Shown here: one piece after another, positions 27,855 through 37,914 of the stretch
Position numbering within the stretch: position 1 is the stretch's first letter
How the letters are laid out: each line of letters begins with the position of its first letter
The notes under the pieces: generated by a model
Told to the model about the DNA's origin: nothing
What the model saw: only the letters and a program-made list of their open reading frames with translations
The model's database searches: none
Position numbers and translations under genes: made by a program
Virus record (IMG/VR): IMGVR_UViG_3300031418_000007
Source of the DNA: a virus
Lineage: Duplodnaviria; Caudoviricetes
Direction: 5' to 3' (one strand)
Length of the DNA: 64,000 nucleotides

Positions 27855-30095
27855 ATGGCTAATAAAGTGGCAGTTAAGGACAAGGACATTCTTGCCCGTT
27901 CTTTTAGAATGCTGTCGTCCGAGTTAAATAACCGTCCTTTGTTGGACAACTTTAACTGGAGCAATTACTTTAACGTATTTAGTAGTGCCACGGGAGATAA
28001 CCGCTTTGTTAATCCGGTGAGCCAATTCTCACCTGCAACTGATCCACGTTATGACCGCTATCAACAAAGCTCTGAAGGCGGCATGGGTCCTATCTATAAA
28101 GAGCTTTACGACGACAACGCAACCATATTGACATTGGTGCCGGGTGTGCCTGAGTTTGCGGGCCTGTTGAGTTTCATTACCAACATGTTTGACCCCGTGT
28201 CAGCGATCATGGCAAACAAGGGGCGTCGACCTCATCTCTCTTTCTATATTGGGCAGGCGGCGGGTTCTATCGCATTCTGGCCAATGCAGTTAGCCAGCGT
28301 GGGCTTGCAGTTCTTGCAGTTCTTAATGGACAGTCCCAAGAACCGCTTCTACACGGTGAAGTCTGCGATGCCGGAATACATCCAGATGTCCACGGGTGTG
28401 TTAAACGACATCATGGTAAAACTGGGTTACATTGATCCTGTGTTACCAGCCAATAACAAAACCCAGACTGACTCACTGCACGGCATCTCTCCTGGAGACA
28501 CCAACAAGAACAAGATCGCCATGCTGAACCGTCTGTACAGTGACGTTGTGTATGCAGATGGTACGATTGACTTGTTCCGATTGATTACCCGCGGTGCACG
28601 TAAACACCGCTACCAGATTCAGGCATTGAAAGATGCTGATGAGAACTGGCCAGAGGGTAATACCTTAACGGTGAAAGAAAAGAGCACGTTGGTGCGTAAC
28701 CTCATGGCGCGTGCGGCGCAGGAGATTGGTTCTAACCCCAGCGTGGTCAGCGGTAATCCTACTCAGAAACAGATTCAGAAGTATTATGAAACGGTGGGTG
28801 CGTACCGTGAAGGTGAAGGCCTCTATCCAGAAGGTCAGTCGAGCTACCTTAACCAAAACCTCTATGCCAACCCCAATACCACAGCGTACGGGGCAACAGG
28901 TGTGGGCGGAGGAAGTTCTCCTACCGACACAGGCTTAGCGGGCACGGTTAACAAACTCATGACCGAGGTGGGAAGTTCAGATCCGTCTCAAACACCGTCA
29001 GCACCGGTTATCCAGGGTTCCTACAGCTCTACCACGGTGACACAGGCGAACCCCAACGAGCAGGGTAAGGCGGTTAACCTGGATCAGAGCTTAGCAGACT
29101 ATCCTACGCCGTCTAACACACCGTACAAGGACGACACTAACTTAGAGAGCAGTTGGGCAGGTGGTGTTGTAGACTACCTTAAAACCGCGCTCAATGGCGG
29201 ATTAGACGCTATCTCGTTTCGTGTGGAAGGCGGTGGCGGTCCAACCTCAGATACCTTCAGTAACTCAGCGGGTCCTTCCCCGATTGCCGATAAGTTTAAC
29301 AGTGTGGTGCGTGCAGCACATGACTTGAACTTTGACATGGCGGGTGGGGCAACGGGCATTGGAATTATCGACGGTATCGTTGAACGTTTAAAGGATGGTG
29401 TGCAGGGTGTACTAGCAGGATCGGTATTGGGTAACATCCCACTCGCACTGGCCAACAACAGCTACATCAAGGTACCTGACCACTGGCAGAGTTCGTCAGT
29501 GAGCCTGCACCGTGAGTCATACGAGATCGCCAGTTACTGTAACTACGCGCATCCTTATGAGCAGGTCATGAAAATCTGGGTGTTGTTCTCTCTGCTGTTG
29601 CCACTGGTTGCACCAATCTCAGCGGGTGGTTCTGCATATACCTCTCCACCACTGGTGAAGTCGTTTTGTCAGGGTCGTCAGTTTATTCGTGTGGGCATGG
29701 TGGAATCGATTCGTTTCCAATTCGGAGAAGGTGAAACCGGTTGGACGCGCGACAAGAAACCGCTGAACTTCAAAGCGCAGATCGAGATCGTGGATTTAGA
29801 ACCACTGGTGTCTGTACCGATTAACCGTTCTCTTACCGTTATGGACCTCACTAACCCAGCCGCGGCCGTTAAGCGTATTCTCTCGGATGACTCGGCGTAC
29901 AATGACTACTTGGGACGTGTGACCGGCATGACCTATTTAGACACGGTGCTGCGTTATCGTCGACTGAACCGCATGATTACCACTGCAGGTTTAAACGTGA
30001 AGTCTTCTTTCCGTGCCGACAACGTGGGCGCAATGCTCAGTGACAACTTGGTGGGAGATATTCTGAAATCTTTCTCTCATCCGTTGGAACGTTAA
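27855..30095 (+). CDS. Baseplate/tail structural protein (phiKZ gp182-like)
   Basis: 746 aa from ATG 27855 after a GGAG RBS. Follows the gp181-like gene. C-terminal GMVESIRFQFGEG...W resembles tube-initiator-type domains. Confidence 0.7.
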   Translation: MANKVAVKDKDILARSFRMLSSELNNRPLLDNFNWSNYFNVFSSATGDNRFVNPVSQFSPATDPRYDRYQQSSEGGMGPIYKELYDDNATILTLVPGVPEFAGLLSFITNMFDPVSAIMANKGRRPHLSFYIGQAAGSIAFWPMQLASVGLQFLQFLMDSPKNRFYTVKSAMPEYIQMSTGVLNDIMVKLGYIDPVLPANNKTQTDSLHGISPGDTNKNKIAMLNRLYSDVVYADGTIDLFRLITRGARKHRYQIQALKDADENWPEGNTLTVKEKSTLVRNLMARAAQEIGSNPSVVSGNPTQKQIQKYYETVGAYREGEGLYPEGQSSYLNQNLYANPNTTAYGATGVGGGSSPTDTGLAGTVNKLMTEVGSSDPSQTPSAPVIQGSYSSTTVTQANPNEQGKAVNLDQSLADYPTPSNTPYKDDTNLESSWAGGVVDYLKTALNGGLDAISFRVEGGGGPTSDTFSNSAGPSPIADKFNSVVRAAHDLNFDMAGGATGIGIIDGIVERLKDGVQGVLAGSVLGNIPLALANNSYIKVPDHWQSSSVSLHRESYEIASYCNYAHPYEQVMKIWVLFSLLLPLVAPISAGGSAYTSPPLVKSFCQGRQFIRVGMVESIRFQFGEGETGWTRDKKPLNFKAQIEIVDLEPLVSVPINRSLTVMDLTNPAAAVKRILSDDSAYNDYLGRVTGMTYLDTVLRYRRLNRMITTAGLNVKSSFRADNVGAMLSDNLVGDILKSFSHPLER

Positions 30096-30125
30096 TGTTT
30101 AATCACTAAAGTCATAATTCCTTGC

Positions 30126-30151
30126 CTACTGCCTCCGCAAGGAGGTGGTAG
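30126..30151 (+). terminator. Hairpin, variant of the CTAC-CCC-GCAA family
   Basis: CTACTGCCTCC-GCAA-GGAGGTGGTAG. Confidence 0.55.
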
Positions 30152-30240
30152 TGTGAGGGGAATTGTATGCATTTATTAATGCACAACCACTTAGCAAATT
30201 TGCTCGGTGAACCTTTATTGATTAATACAAGGCTTTTATT

Positions 30241-31161
30241 ATGTCAAATGTACATACCCAAACTATCCCGCTCTATAACAAAGGTGCATTGTCCGCTACA
30301 GGTTACCGTATCGGTTCGGGTTACAACGTCAAGCTGAACTACGGGACTATCGAGCTGGCGTCTAAACCGTCTCTTTACGATTGCATTCTGCACTCTTATA
30401 TCGGGATTCGTTTGAAGTCACCCAAGTTCCACGATTGGTTGACTGAAGATCTGCGTACGCAAATACTGAGAGAGCTGGGCGAAATGGACACGTTGATTGA
30501 CGGTCGCATCACCAGTTATCGCAATGAGGGACTCAAAGAGATCTTGAGCAAGGGCATGAAGTGGGAAATCAACAATACCCTTCAGCTCAATATCGACCAA
30601 GATGATCTTCAGCCTGAAGAACGAATTCGTGAAGCCAAAGAACTCTTCTTTAACGATTTCCTTAAGGCGCCTAAACTCGTTGTGCATATTCGCATGACCT
30701 CACCGTTCAGAGACAAAGAAGACCTGTTCGAAGTCTCGCTGTTCGAAGACAAACAGCACGATAAACCTTACATGAGTGTGATGGAAAGCAACCTTCCTTC
30801 TTCACTCTTTAACAGAGAGTGGATTGATAATGCTCAAAATTCTTTTAACGCTTACCGTCGGGCTAGTGCTCCAGTTCAGCGTGAATTCAACCCAGCAGTG
30901 TACCATCCCCTCGCGCCGCTTCACCCCGGGGTTCAAATGCCAGCACAACAGTTTGGTGTAGAGATCAGCCCCTACACTAATAAGCCCTATCTCCCCGGCA
31001 CGGGAACACCTGCTCAGTTCAAGCTCTACGGCAAGACAGGCGACGTTGACATCACGCTCAATGGAAGTACAGTGAGTTTCCAGCCTTCTAATGAAGTGTC
31101 CGTTGAAGCGCCCCAGATCAACATCACGGGCGGTCAGACAGGTTTCGCACCACCGTTATAA
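30241..31161 (+). CDS. Hypothetical protein
   Basis: 306 aa; Pro/Gln-rich linker and a beta-rich C-terminus. Confidence 0.75.
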   Translation: MSNVHTQTIPLYNKGALSATGYRIGSGYNVKLNYGTIELASKPSLYDCILHSYIGIRLKSPKFHDWLTEDLRTQILRELGEMDTLIDGRITSYRNEGLKEILSKGMKWEINNTLQLNIDQDDLQPEERIREAKELFFNDFLKAPKLVVHIRMTSPFRDKEDLFEVSLFEDKQHDKPYMSVMESNLPSSLFNREWIDNAQNSFNAYRRASAPVQREFNPAVYHPLAPLHPGVQMPAQQFGVEISPYTNKPYLPGTGTPAQFKLYGKTGDVDITLNGSTVSFQPSNEVSVEAPQINITGGQTGFAPPL

Positions 31162-31192
31162 CTGAACGAGTAACAAAAAAATAAAGTAATGC

Positions 31193-31220
31193 CTACTCCT
31201 ACCCGCAAGGGTAGGAGTAG
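31193..31220. terminator. Conserved convergent-junction hairpin
   Basis: CTACTCCTACCC-GCAA-GGGTAGGAGTAG. Confidence 0.8.
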
Positions 31221-31224
31221 TTAC

Positions 31225-32343
31225 TTATGCTTCGGTTAAAATAGGAACATCCGGGAAATGACCTTTGAACACCTCAATCGCAGGCTGATCAGAGAACACA
31301 CCCACGCACGCCATTAACACCACTAACTCGGGCGCCGTGTTATCGCTGATCAACACCTTCTTCATGTCTTCACTCACTGAGGAGATCAGACCCATGTTCA
31401 ACACCATACCGAACATAGTGGGAGACTTGTACCAGCTGTCACCAAAGATAGAAGTGACCACGCGCAGGAACATCGCCTTGATAGCGGGATATTCACCAGG
31501 AGAAGTGTCGTTGTCCAACACAAAGCTTTGGAACAAGTTAGATGCCAGCCCAGGATACTTGGCGTTGATTGTTGCTTTGCCTTTTGCACTGACCAGATCC
31601 AGGACTTTGTTCATGCTGACCAGATCGCCGTTTTGCATCATCTGCGGGATAGCGTTAAGCAGGGCAGCTTCGGCATCTTCTGGACTGTTGTACTTGTCCA
31701 TGATCTTTTCATACGCATCACTCATGCCGTACTGTGCGCTCATTTTCATCAATGAGTTATAGTACGAGGCGTTGAAGGTATAATCGGTCAGGGTATTAAT
31801 ACCGGTAGTGCGACCCAGCAACGTCAGGAAGCCACTACCCATCTGGTCACGCCAGTTCTTGGTAATACGGAAACCATTGCCATCATTGGTAACCATGTTG
31901 CCGAAGTAACCGCCAGTCAGGTCATTGAACTCACTGTTGGCCATGTCACTGAGTTGATACATCAAGGCATCTTTGCTGCTCAGGTCGATACCAATCTTGT
32001 TACCCAGCGAACTCACCAGCTGATCTTTGTTGAAGCTTACCCCATTGGGTCCCACAGAGAAATACTGCGAGGCGTCTTTGAAGTCTAACAGACCCCCGCT
32101 CAACGCACCCACGATACTGTCTAGTCCCGAGATAACTTCATCCTTGTAGCCCGAGATAATCCCCGAGACTTTGACTTCACCGGCTTTCAGTGACGCCACA
32201 CCTTCCTTGAGCTTGTTCTGCACCGGAGAGATTGCCTGTACAGCTTCACCCCGGTATTTATTCAATGTCTCTGTGGTGGCGTTCTTAAAACTCGATAACT
32301 TATCGCCGATCCCACTGAGTGCATCACCCACTCCTCCAGCCAT
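31225..32343 (-). CDS. Putative virion structural protein
   Basis: 372 aa with a Gly/Ser-rich helical N-terminus; position matches a conserved phiKZ-like structural gene. Confidence 0.6.
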   Translation of the reverse strand: MAGGVGDALSGIGDKLSSFKNATTETLNKYRGEAVQAISPVQNKLKEGVASLKAGEVKVSGIISGYKDEVISGLDSIVGALSGGLLDFKDASQYFSVGPNGVSFNKDQLVSSLGNKIGIDLSSKDALMYQLSDMANSEFNDLTGGYFGNMVTNDGNGFRITKNWRDQMGSGFLTLLGRTTGINTLTDYTFNASYYNSLMKMSAQYGMSDAYEKIMDKYNSPEDAEAALLNAIPQMMQNGDLVSMNKVLDLVSAKGKATINAKYPGLASNLFQSFVLDNDTSPGEYPAIKAMFLRVVTSIFGDSWYKSPTMFGMVLNMGLISSVSEDMKKVLISDNTAPELVVLMACVGVFSDQPAIEVFKGHFPDVPILTEA

Positions 32344-32377
32344 ACCGACCTCTCAACAAAAAAATAAGGAACACATA

Positions 32378-32405
32378 AACTTGGAGGGTGTTACCCCTCC
32401 AAGTT
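32378..32405 (-). terminator. Terminator hairpin
   Basis: AACTTGGAGGG-TGTTAC-CCCTCCAAGTT; the core GAGGGTGTTACCCCTC recurs at 44872. Confidence 0.7.
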
Positions 32406-32419
32406 ATTTACTGCTAAAT

Positions 32420-32848
32420 TTATTCACCGTCTTCAGCGTCTTGCTCGTAAGCTTCACTGTTTTCAGCGTGTTTAATTTTCACTGTTTCACTAACCTCATA
32501 CTCGTTTCCATTAACATCCTTTACTTTCAGCGTGATCGTACATTCATCCATCTGCAAGATCGATAAGCCTTCAAACAACTTATCTGCGGTGAGTTTAGGG
32601 TTATGGAAATAAGCATCTCTGATATTGCCGGTTTTCATTAATATCTGTTTTCGCTTATCCTCTTCTGGGTATCCCGTTAAGATCCACGCAAGGTGGTCGT
32701 TGAGTAGCCGAGTCCATTTATAAGGGTTCATGTTCAATTTGTTCAGCAAACCCCTAAACAGTTTTGCAAGCGGACTTTTTAGTTTGTCATCTGGCAAATA
32801 CCTCTTAGAAACGGCTTCCATTTCTCTTTTGGTATTGTTAGATTTCAC
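32420..32848 (-). CDS. Conserved phiKZ-like hypothetical protein
   Basis: 142 aa; GTG start after a GGAG RBS. Confidence 0.7.
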   Translation of the reverse strand: MKSNNTKREMEAVSKRYLPDDKLKSPLAKLFRGLLNKLNMNPYKWTRLLNDHLAWILTGYPEEDKRKQILMKTGNIRDAYFHNPKLTADKLFEGLSILQMDECTITLKVKDVNGNEYEVSETVKIKHAENSEAYEQDAEDGE

Positions 32849-33461
32849 CCAAGCTCCGTAAGTTGATGATATAGAGTGCCGTTAAGATATTTAGAATCTC
32901 CGACACCAGCGCCCGATAGTCTGGATGTTGCACGAAGTCTGGTAAGCCAGGATAGCGCTTTTCCAGGGACTTCATCCGCACCAGTTTCTTTTGGTAGAGG
33001 TCGTCGTTCATTTCTGACGCGTACCCCTCCTGATAAAATAGAAACATCTCCAAAGCAACGGGCATGAATTCCATCATGACCTGATTGATTTCGACGTCCC
33101 CATCGTACCAGTCGCCGAATAGCCGGTTGGCGATAGTAAAGTGGTCAGGCATTCTTTTATAGGTAGCGGTGTAGCGTGCTTCTACAAAGTCTCCGAGTTC
33201 ACCAACGAAGGCTGCCAGTGACATTGAGTTAGGCGTGTAAGTACGTACTTCTACGCCCTGTAACAGACTGTAATCGCGTAAAACAAAAGGCTGGTAGATA
33301 GATGTAAGAAAATTGTATAGGGACGCAGATGTTGGCACAATGCCTTTGGATGCCGAACGGAGGTCTGCACTCAACTGCTCAATTAAATCTAACTGCTTTT
33401 CGCACTGACTCTTTTGGTAGGCTACTGTATTCAGCCACTTACCGAGAAGACCTTGTAACAT
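32838..33461 (-). CDS. Hypothetical protein (possibly virion)
   Basis: Start moved to ATG 33461 after an AAGGA RBS; 207 aa. Confidence 0.7.
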   Translation of the reverse strand: MLQGLLGKWLNTVAYQKSQCEKQLDLIEQLSADLRSASKGIVPTSASLYNFLTSIYQPFVLRDYSLLQGVEVRTYTPNSMSLAAFVGELGDFVEARYTATYKRMPDHFTIANRLFGDWYDGDVEINQVMMEFMPVALEMFLFYQEGYASEMNDDLYQKKLVRMKSLEKRYPGLPDFVQHPDYRALVSEILNILTALYIINLRSLGEI

Positions 33462-33495
33462 ACAGATTCCTTTATAGACTAGGTTCACTACCCTA

Positions 33496-33503
33496 ATAAT
33501 GTA
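33496..33503 (-). promoter_or_regulatory. Early promoter variant TACATTAT
   Basis: Minus strand reads aacc-TACATTAT-tagggtag. Confidence 0.6.
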
Positions 33504-33517
33504 GGTTTGAAAAAATT

Positions 33518-34096
33518 ATGGACACTCCAGAAATCGCTGTAGAAGTCGTTGCGACCAACGAAGCCGTTTTGGCTAAACCCCCTAAGTTCACTGAAGCACA
33601 AATCATGGACCCAGCCTTCGACCAATTAGATCTGGTAGGAGCCGAAGTCGATGAAGCGCTGATGTCTATCGTGCAGGCCATGGTAAGAAATGAACAAGAC
33701 GTTGAACAGGTTAGCCTGGGAGACGCCCTTCAGAAACACCGTGCGCTGCTGTTGAAGTTCGCTACTCTGGCTTACATGAAGAAACCCACTTCTGCTATGC
33801 TGCTGAGTTCCATCACGTCACTGGTGGGTTCCATGGAGAAAGCAATCCGTGACGACCGTAAAGAACGTGCCAAGAAAGAAGAGAACGCAAGCAATCAGTT
33901 TAGTTTTTCACAGATTGTCGAATCCCTTAATGCAATTGCTGCCGGGGCTGTGGTTACACCCACCTTTGAACTCACTAGTTTTATTCTGGACCCTACTAAA
34001 TCTCTTATGGACATTGCTGACGGGTTTAAACCTATCAAACCAGAAGAATTAGTGCAGGGGAATACACTGGTAGACATCGACGGAAATGTCATGTAG
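33518..34096 (+). CDS. Conserved phiKZ-like hypothetical protein
   Basis: 192 aa, acidic and helical. Confidence 0.75.
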   Translation: MDTPEIAVEVVATNEAVLAKPPKFTEAQIMDPAFDQLDLVGAEVDEALMSIVQAMVRNEQDVEQVSLGDALQKHRALLLKFATLAYMKKPTSAMLLSSITSLVGSMEKAIRDDRKERAKKEENASNQFSFSQIVESLNAIAAGAVVTPTFELTSFILDPTKSLMDIADGFKPIKPEELVQGNTLVDIDGNVM

Positions 34097-34145
34097 TAAA
34101 AAACTATATATAATAGTAAACGGCGCGAGCCGTTTACTATTAGGT

Positions 34146-34874
34146 TTAGATGTGGTCATAAGCAGCAGCAGGGATACCCTTCAGTGCGATTTGGTTTACC
34201 ACAGTAAGCGCAAAAGCTTCGATAACGTCACCAGGTTTACCCGTAATGTACTCCTGATGCTTGATAAACAACTCAGGCACAAAGAACACCACTTCCGGCA
34301 ATGGCTCTATCGCCAAGTTTTCCATGAACGGTTTATAGTCCCGCAGCAGCAAGTCATATTTAAACACGTAGGAGAAACTGCGATAAAAGCTTGGTGTTGC
34401 TTTACGATCATCCAGATGAATGAAGTTGATCTGGTGACCACCCCGGAAACGTTTGGCCAGCACTTCGCGCAATACTTCACGCAGCTCGTCATCCATTTCG
34501 TAGGGAAAGGTATTGATGATGAAAGTAAAGGAGCGGATGTTGGGTAACTGTTCGTACTCCATCTCCTGCACCATGATCTGTGTCATCAATAACTTGCTCA
34601 GATTACTGGGGAGGTAGAACTTAAAGTCATCAATGCTGCGCTCTGCATAAGCCGCCTCGAACTTCTCATGCGTAAGACCCAGCTCAGGGCACTCAAAACG
34701 ATCCATACGGCGTTCGTCGTAACGTTTGTCCAAGTACTGCGACCATTTGTTAGCGGCGTCTACAAGGCGTGTGGCGAGGTCCTGTGAGGGGTCGGTGATC
34801 AACTTACTGATCAACCCCTGACGGTAATCAAACAAAGAGTCCAGGGGAATATAAACCTTGAGGTCCTTGTTCAT
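34146..34874 (-). CDS. Conserved phiKZ-like hypothetical protein (degenerate HAD-like N-terminus)
   Basis: 242 aa; starts VYIPLDSLFD; in an operon with the beta C-terminal subunit. Confidence 0.7.
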   Translation of the reverse strand: MNKDLKVYIPLDSLFDYRQGLISKLITDPSQDLATRLVDAANKWSQYLDKRYDERRMDRFECPELGLTHEKFEAAYAERSIDDFKFYLPSNLSKLLMTQIMVQEMEYEQLPNIRSFTFIINTFPYEMDDELREVLREVLAKRFRGGHQINFIHLDDRKATPSFYRSFSYVFKYDLLLRDYKPFMENLAIEPLPEVVFFVPELFIKHQEYITGKPGDVIEAFALTVVNQIALKGIPAAAYDHI

Positions 34875-35344
34875 TATTTCTTACCTTCTTTTTCATCCGT
34901 TACTTCTGGCGGAATATCCACGATCAAGTCGGCTTGGTCCACAAAGAAACGCAGACAGAAGAACACACACTCAAAGTAGCTGGCTGACGAGAGGTCCATC
35001 GCCAACATGTCGTTCTGTGGAATACCACTGATAACACGTTTGTACTCATCCAGCATCTTCTTGAAGTAGCTTTCTGGCGACACCAGATCAGTGACTACCC
35101 CCATGACAAACAGCAGGGCATCATTGTAATAATCTGGACTGCCTTGAATCACCGTTTTGAAAGCCGTCATCTCATCTTTAAACTTAGTGACCGGGGAGTT
35201 GTAGAAGCGAGTGGTGACTTCCGACATGAAGTTTTTCTTCTCTTCACGCCCACTGAGATAAAGATAGTGTTTGACGATGATCTGTCCCAATACCATGAGG
35301 TCAGGATCCACAACCTCGTTATTTTTAAATCCAGGCAAGGCCAT
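34874..35344 (-). CDS. Conserved hypothetical protein
   Basis: 156 aa; TAATG coupling to the downstream gene. Confidence 0.75.
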   Translation of the reverse strand: MALPGFKNNEVVDPDLMVLGQIIVKHYLYLSGREEKKNFMSEVTTRFYNSPVTKFKDEMTAFKTVIQGSPDYYNDALLFVMGVVTDLVSPESYFKKMLDEYKRVISGIPQNDMLAMDLSSASYFECVFFCLRFFVDQADLIVDIPPEVTDEKEGKK

Positions 35345-35355
35345 AGTGACTCCTA

Positions 35356-36045
35356 TTAACCATTGCGTGAATGGAGGTTGTTATCGATCAGGCGACCGCG
35401 CAGCAGGAAGTGAGCCAGGCTCAGTACTTTGGCGCCGTCGCCACGACGCAGGCTTGCGTTACCGCTGACCTGGCCTTCTTCGATTAAAGAAGCACGGTAG
35501 GCCTTCAGTGCACCGACGTCACCGCCTTTGATGGTGTAGATCTCGTTGACGCTGTTAACCAGACCCAAAGATCCACCCATTACTGACACTTCAGGGATAC
35601 TTAAACCGGTAGCACGTGATTCCATCATCACCTGCCCCGTTAAGTCGTCAACCTTCTTGTCGTCTTTGGCGGCAGAGATCTTCTTGACCCACATCTGACT
35701 CTGCTTCATGAGTTCAGCTGTACCCACGAAATGCTTGGCCGGTGTCTTGACCTTTAAGCCCGTGTCGATGTCATAACTGATAATACGCTGATAAACCGGA
35801 CGCCCCAGCTTTTCACAACGCGCTACGATGTCATCAAAGTCAACGTCATCACCCCGGTTGGTGTTGCTGAGCCAGATAGCCAGGTCATTACCCGCCTCTA
35901 ACCACTTTACGTAGTCTTCGAATTCGTCATCATTCATACGCCCGAAAAACTCTTTATATATGGCACCATTACCCCCATTGGGGGTAATAGATGTCATTTC
36001 ATCAATAAGGAATTTTTCTGCTTTCTTTCGATTAGCAGCTGTCAT
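35356..36045 (-). CDS. rpoB: Virion RNA polymerase beta subunit, C-terminal part (phiKZ gp149-like)
   Basis: 229 aa; KQSQMWVKKIS...DDLTGQV...SRATGLSIPEV matches the RpoB C-terminal switch region. Confidence 0.8.
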   Translation of the reverse strand: MTAANRKKAEKFLIDEMTSITPNGGNGAIYKEFFGRMNDDEFEDYVKWLEAGNDLAIWLSNTNRGDDVDFDDIVARCEKLGRPVYQRIISYDIDTGLKVKTPAKHFVGTAELMKQSQMWVKKISAAKDDKKVDDLTGQVMMESRATGLSIPEVSVMGGSLGLVNSVNEIYTIKGGDVGALKAYRASLIEEGQVSGNASLRRGDGAKVLSLAHFLLRGRLIDNNLHSRNG

Positions 36046-36422
36046 TTAACCTTCCTGTTGTAGCCGTAAGTAAATAACGGCTTGTTCAATTCGGTGGCGG
36101 CTTGACGCGCTCCGTTAAGGAACATATCGTCGACCAGTTTGATAATTAATATCTCATCAAATAGTCCGACGTTATTCTCCAGGGATTGGATAAACTGCGT
36201 TTTGTTCTTTGTATCTAATTCAATTTCAGTGACGGTGGGATCGATGTCACAGATCCCCCGGTTACCACAAACAGAAACCAGAGAGACGTCACGATTTTTA
36301 TTTCGCGCCATCACTTCTTTAAGACGCACTACATATGCTGATGCGTCATCACATTGATTACCGAAAATACCATCAGTAATAACTAAAGTTACAACAGTTT
36401 CTTTTTGTTCTGTGGTCATCAT
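36042..36422 (-). CDS. Hypothetical protein (Rossmann/SLOG-like pattern, uncertain)
   Basis: 126 aa; ATGA overlap with the next gene. Confidence 0.6.
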   Translation of the reverse strand: MMTTEQKETVVTLVITDGIFGNQCDDASAYVVRLKEVMARNKNRDVSLVSVCGNRGICDIDPTVTEIELDTKNKTQFIQSLENNVGLFDEILIIKLVDDMFLNGARQAATELNKPLFTYGYNRKVK

Positions 36423-36428
36423 ACTGCC

Positions 36429-37850
36429 TTAGAATTTGGGGTCGCCTTCGCCTACTGCGATGCGCATAAGTTCAAATGTCGAAAGCGTTGTTTTCTTGAT
36501 ATCATCATTGATGAACCAGTAGTCAACAGTTTCGTTCAAAATCCATTCCCAATCCATGAGCTTGCCGATCTTCTCGTAGAAGTCTTCGATCGTCATGCGA
36601 TATTTCTGATCCAGTGTCAGATCGTACTTCATCTTGTTCATGTACTGGTAAGTAATGCAGAGCGCACGACGCAGGCAAAGATCTTCATTGATCTGTCCGC
36701 GAATCGTGGTACGGCCGAGACGGCTACCTGGGTAGATCACCAATGAGTGACCACGTGGGTTGTCGCTGTCATAGCCGAAGAATTTGTGTTTCTTCAAGTT
36801 ATGGTAAGCAGTCAGGTCTTCCTGAATACCTAAGTGCTGAGAACCGATGAAGGAAGTGTGACCGCCAGAGATCCCGTTCTTATTACGGTATGGAGAAACA
36901 AAGTACTCCATAAGGTCCGGCGATGCTTTACCATCAGCATCAAAGAATTCATCTTTACCATACGGGTCAGGATAGAGCCATTCCTGTCCGTTCTTCAGCG
37001 GCGCACCACGAATGATCTCGACGCCCAAAGCAGGAAGCTTCTTCATGGACTTCGGACCAGAGATCTTTTTGCCTTGACGCAGGAAAGTGGTTTGCTTTTC
37101 CAGCGGCTGTCCGGTCATGTTGATAATATCTTCAACCTGCGCAGTCCAGACCTGGTACATGCCGACTTCAGCGCCCAGACTATCAGCATCAGTGTGAACA
37201 ATACGACGCAGGTTACCAATGACCATGTCACGGGTTTTCTTTGCACCGCCTTCATCAACGTCACCGTCTTGGAAATCTTTCATGGCTTTCGAGAAGCCCA
37301 TTTCGGTACCGGAGTCGACCATTGGGATCAGAGGCGGGAACATCTTAACCGCTGACACACCGTCGTTAGCCAGGAACGGCGTATCGATTTTCAGGTTCTT
37401 GTTCTTCTTGGCCTCTTCTTTGATCATGGCATTCTTCTCTTTAAAGAAGTTATGCACATCAGTACCGTCGTATTCATTACCCGACAGATAGAAGAAGCGC
37501 TGATCCAGGATGTGAGTTTTGAAGTAATCGTTCTCACCGATCTCACGGTTGATAGCGTCAGCGACGCGACTTACTGCAAAGGTTTTTTCGATATCGAACA
37601 AGAAGCCCGCACTGGGTTTGATACGCGCAAGCACGCGTGACATCATCAGAGCCAACTTACCAGATTTCTGTGTGTTACTGCCACCAACTACTGCGTTGTT
37701 GGGAGTCATACCGCCGTTCAAATAATAACGACCGTCGACACCTTTTACGTCTTCACCATTTAACTGATCAAAAATGTACGAGTAGTTGATAAAGGGGGTG
37801 GTGACTTCAGACGACTTCATGCCTGAGAGGAAGCCATAAGGGGAAGACAT
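36429..37850 (-). CDS. uvsX: UvsX/RecA-like recombinase (phiKZ gp152-like)
   Basis: 473 aa; P-loop variant VVGGSNTQKSG, FLFDIEKT and PMVDSGTE; characteristic phiKZ-type size. Confidence 0.8.
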   Translation of the reverse strand: MSSPYGFLSGMKSSEVTTPFINYSYIFDQLNGEDVKGVDGRYYLNGGMTPNNAVVGGSNTQKSGKLALMMSRVLARIKPSAGFLFDIEKTFAVSRVADAINREIGENDYFKTHILDQRFFYLSGNEYDGTDVHNFFKEKNAMIKEEAKKNKNLKIDTPFLANDGVSAVKMFPPLIPMVDSGTEMGFSKAMKDFQDGDVDEGGAKKTRDMVIGNLRRIVHTDADSLGAEVGMYQVWTAQVEDIINMTGQPLEKQTTFLRQGKKISGPKSMKKLPALGVEIIRGAPLKNGQEWLYPDPYGKDEFFDADGKASPDLMEYFVSPYRNKNGISGGHTSFIGSQHLGIQEDLTAYHNLKKHKFFGYDSDNPRGHSLVIYPGSRLGRTTIRGQINEDLCLRRALCITYQYMNKMKYDLTLDQKYRMTIEDFYEKIGKLMDWEWILNETVDYWFINDDIKKTTLSTFELMRIAVGEGDPKF

Positions 37851-37914
37851 AGTGAACCTCGATTCTATGAAAAGTTAGGTAATAATTCTTAGTCTATATA
37901 TAAGGGTTCCAGTT

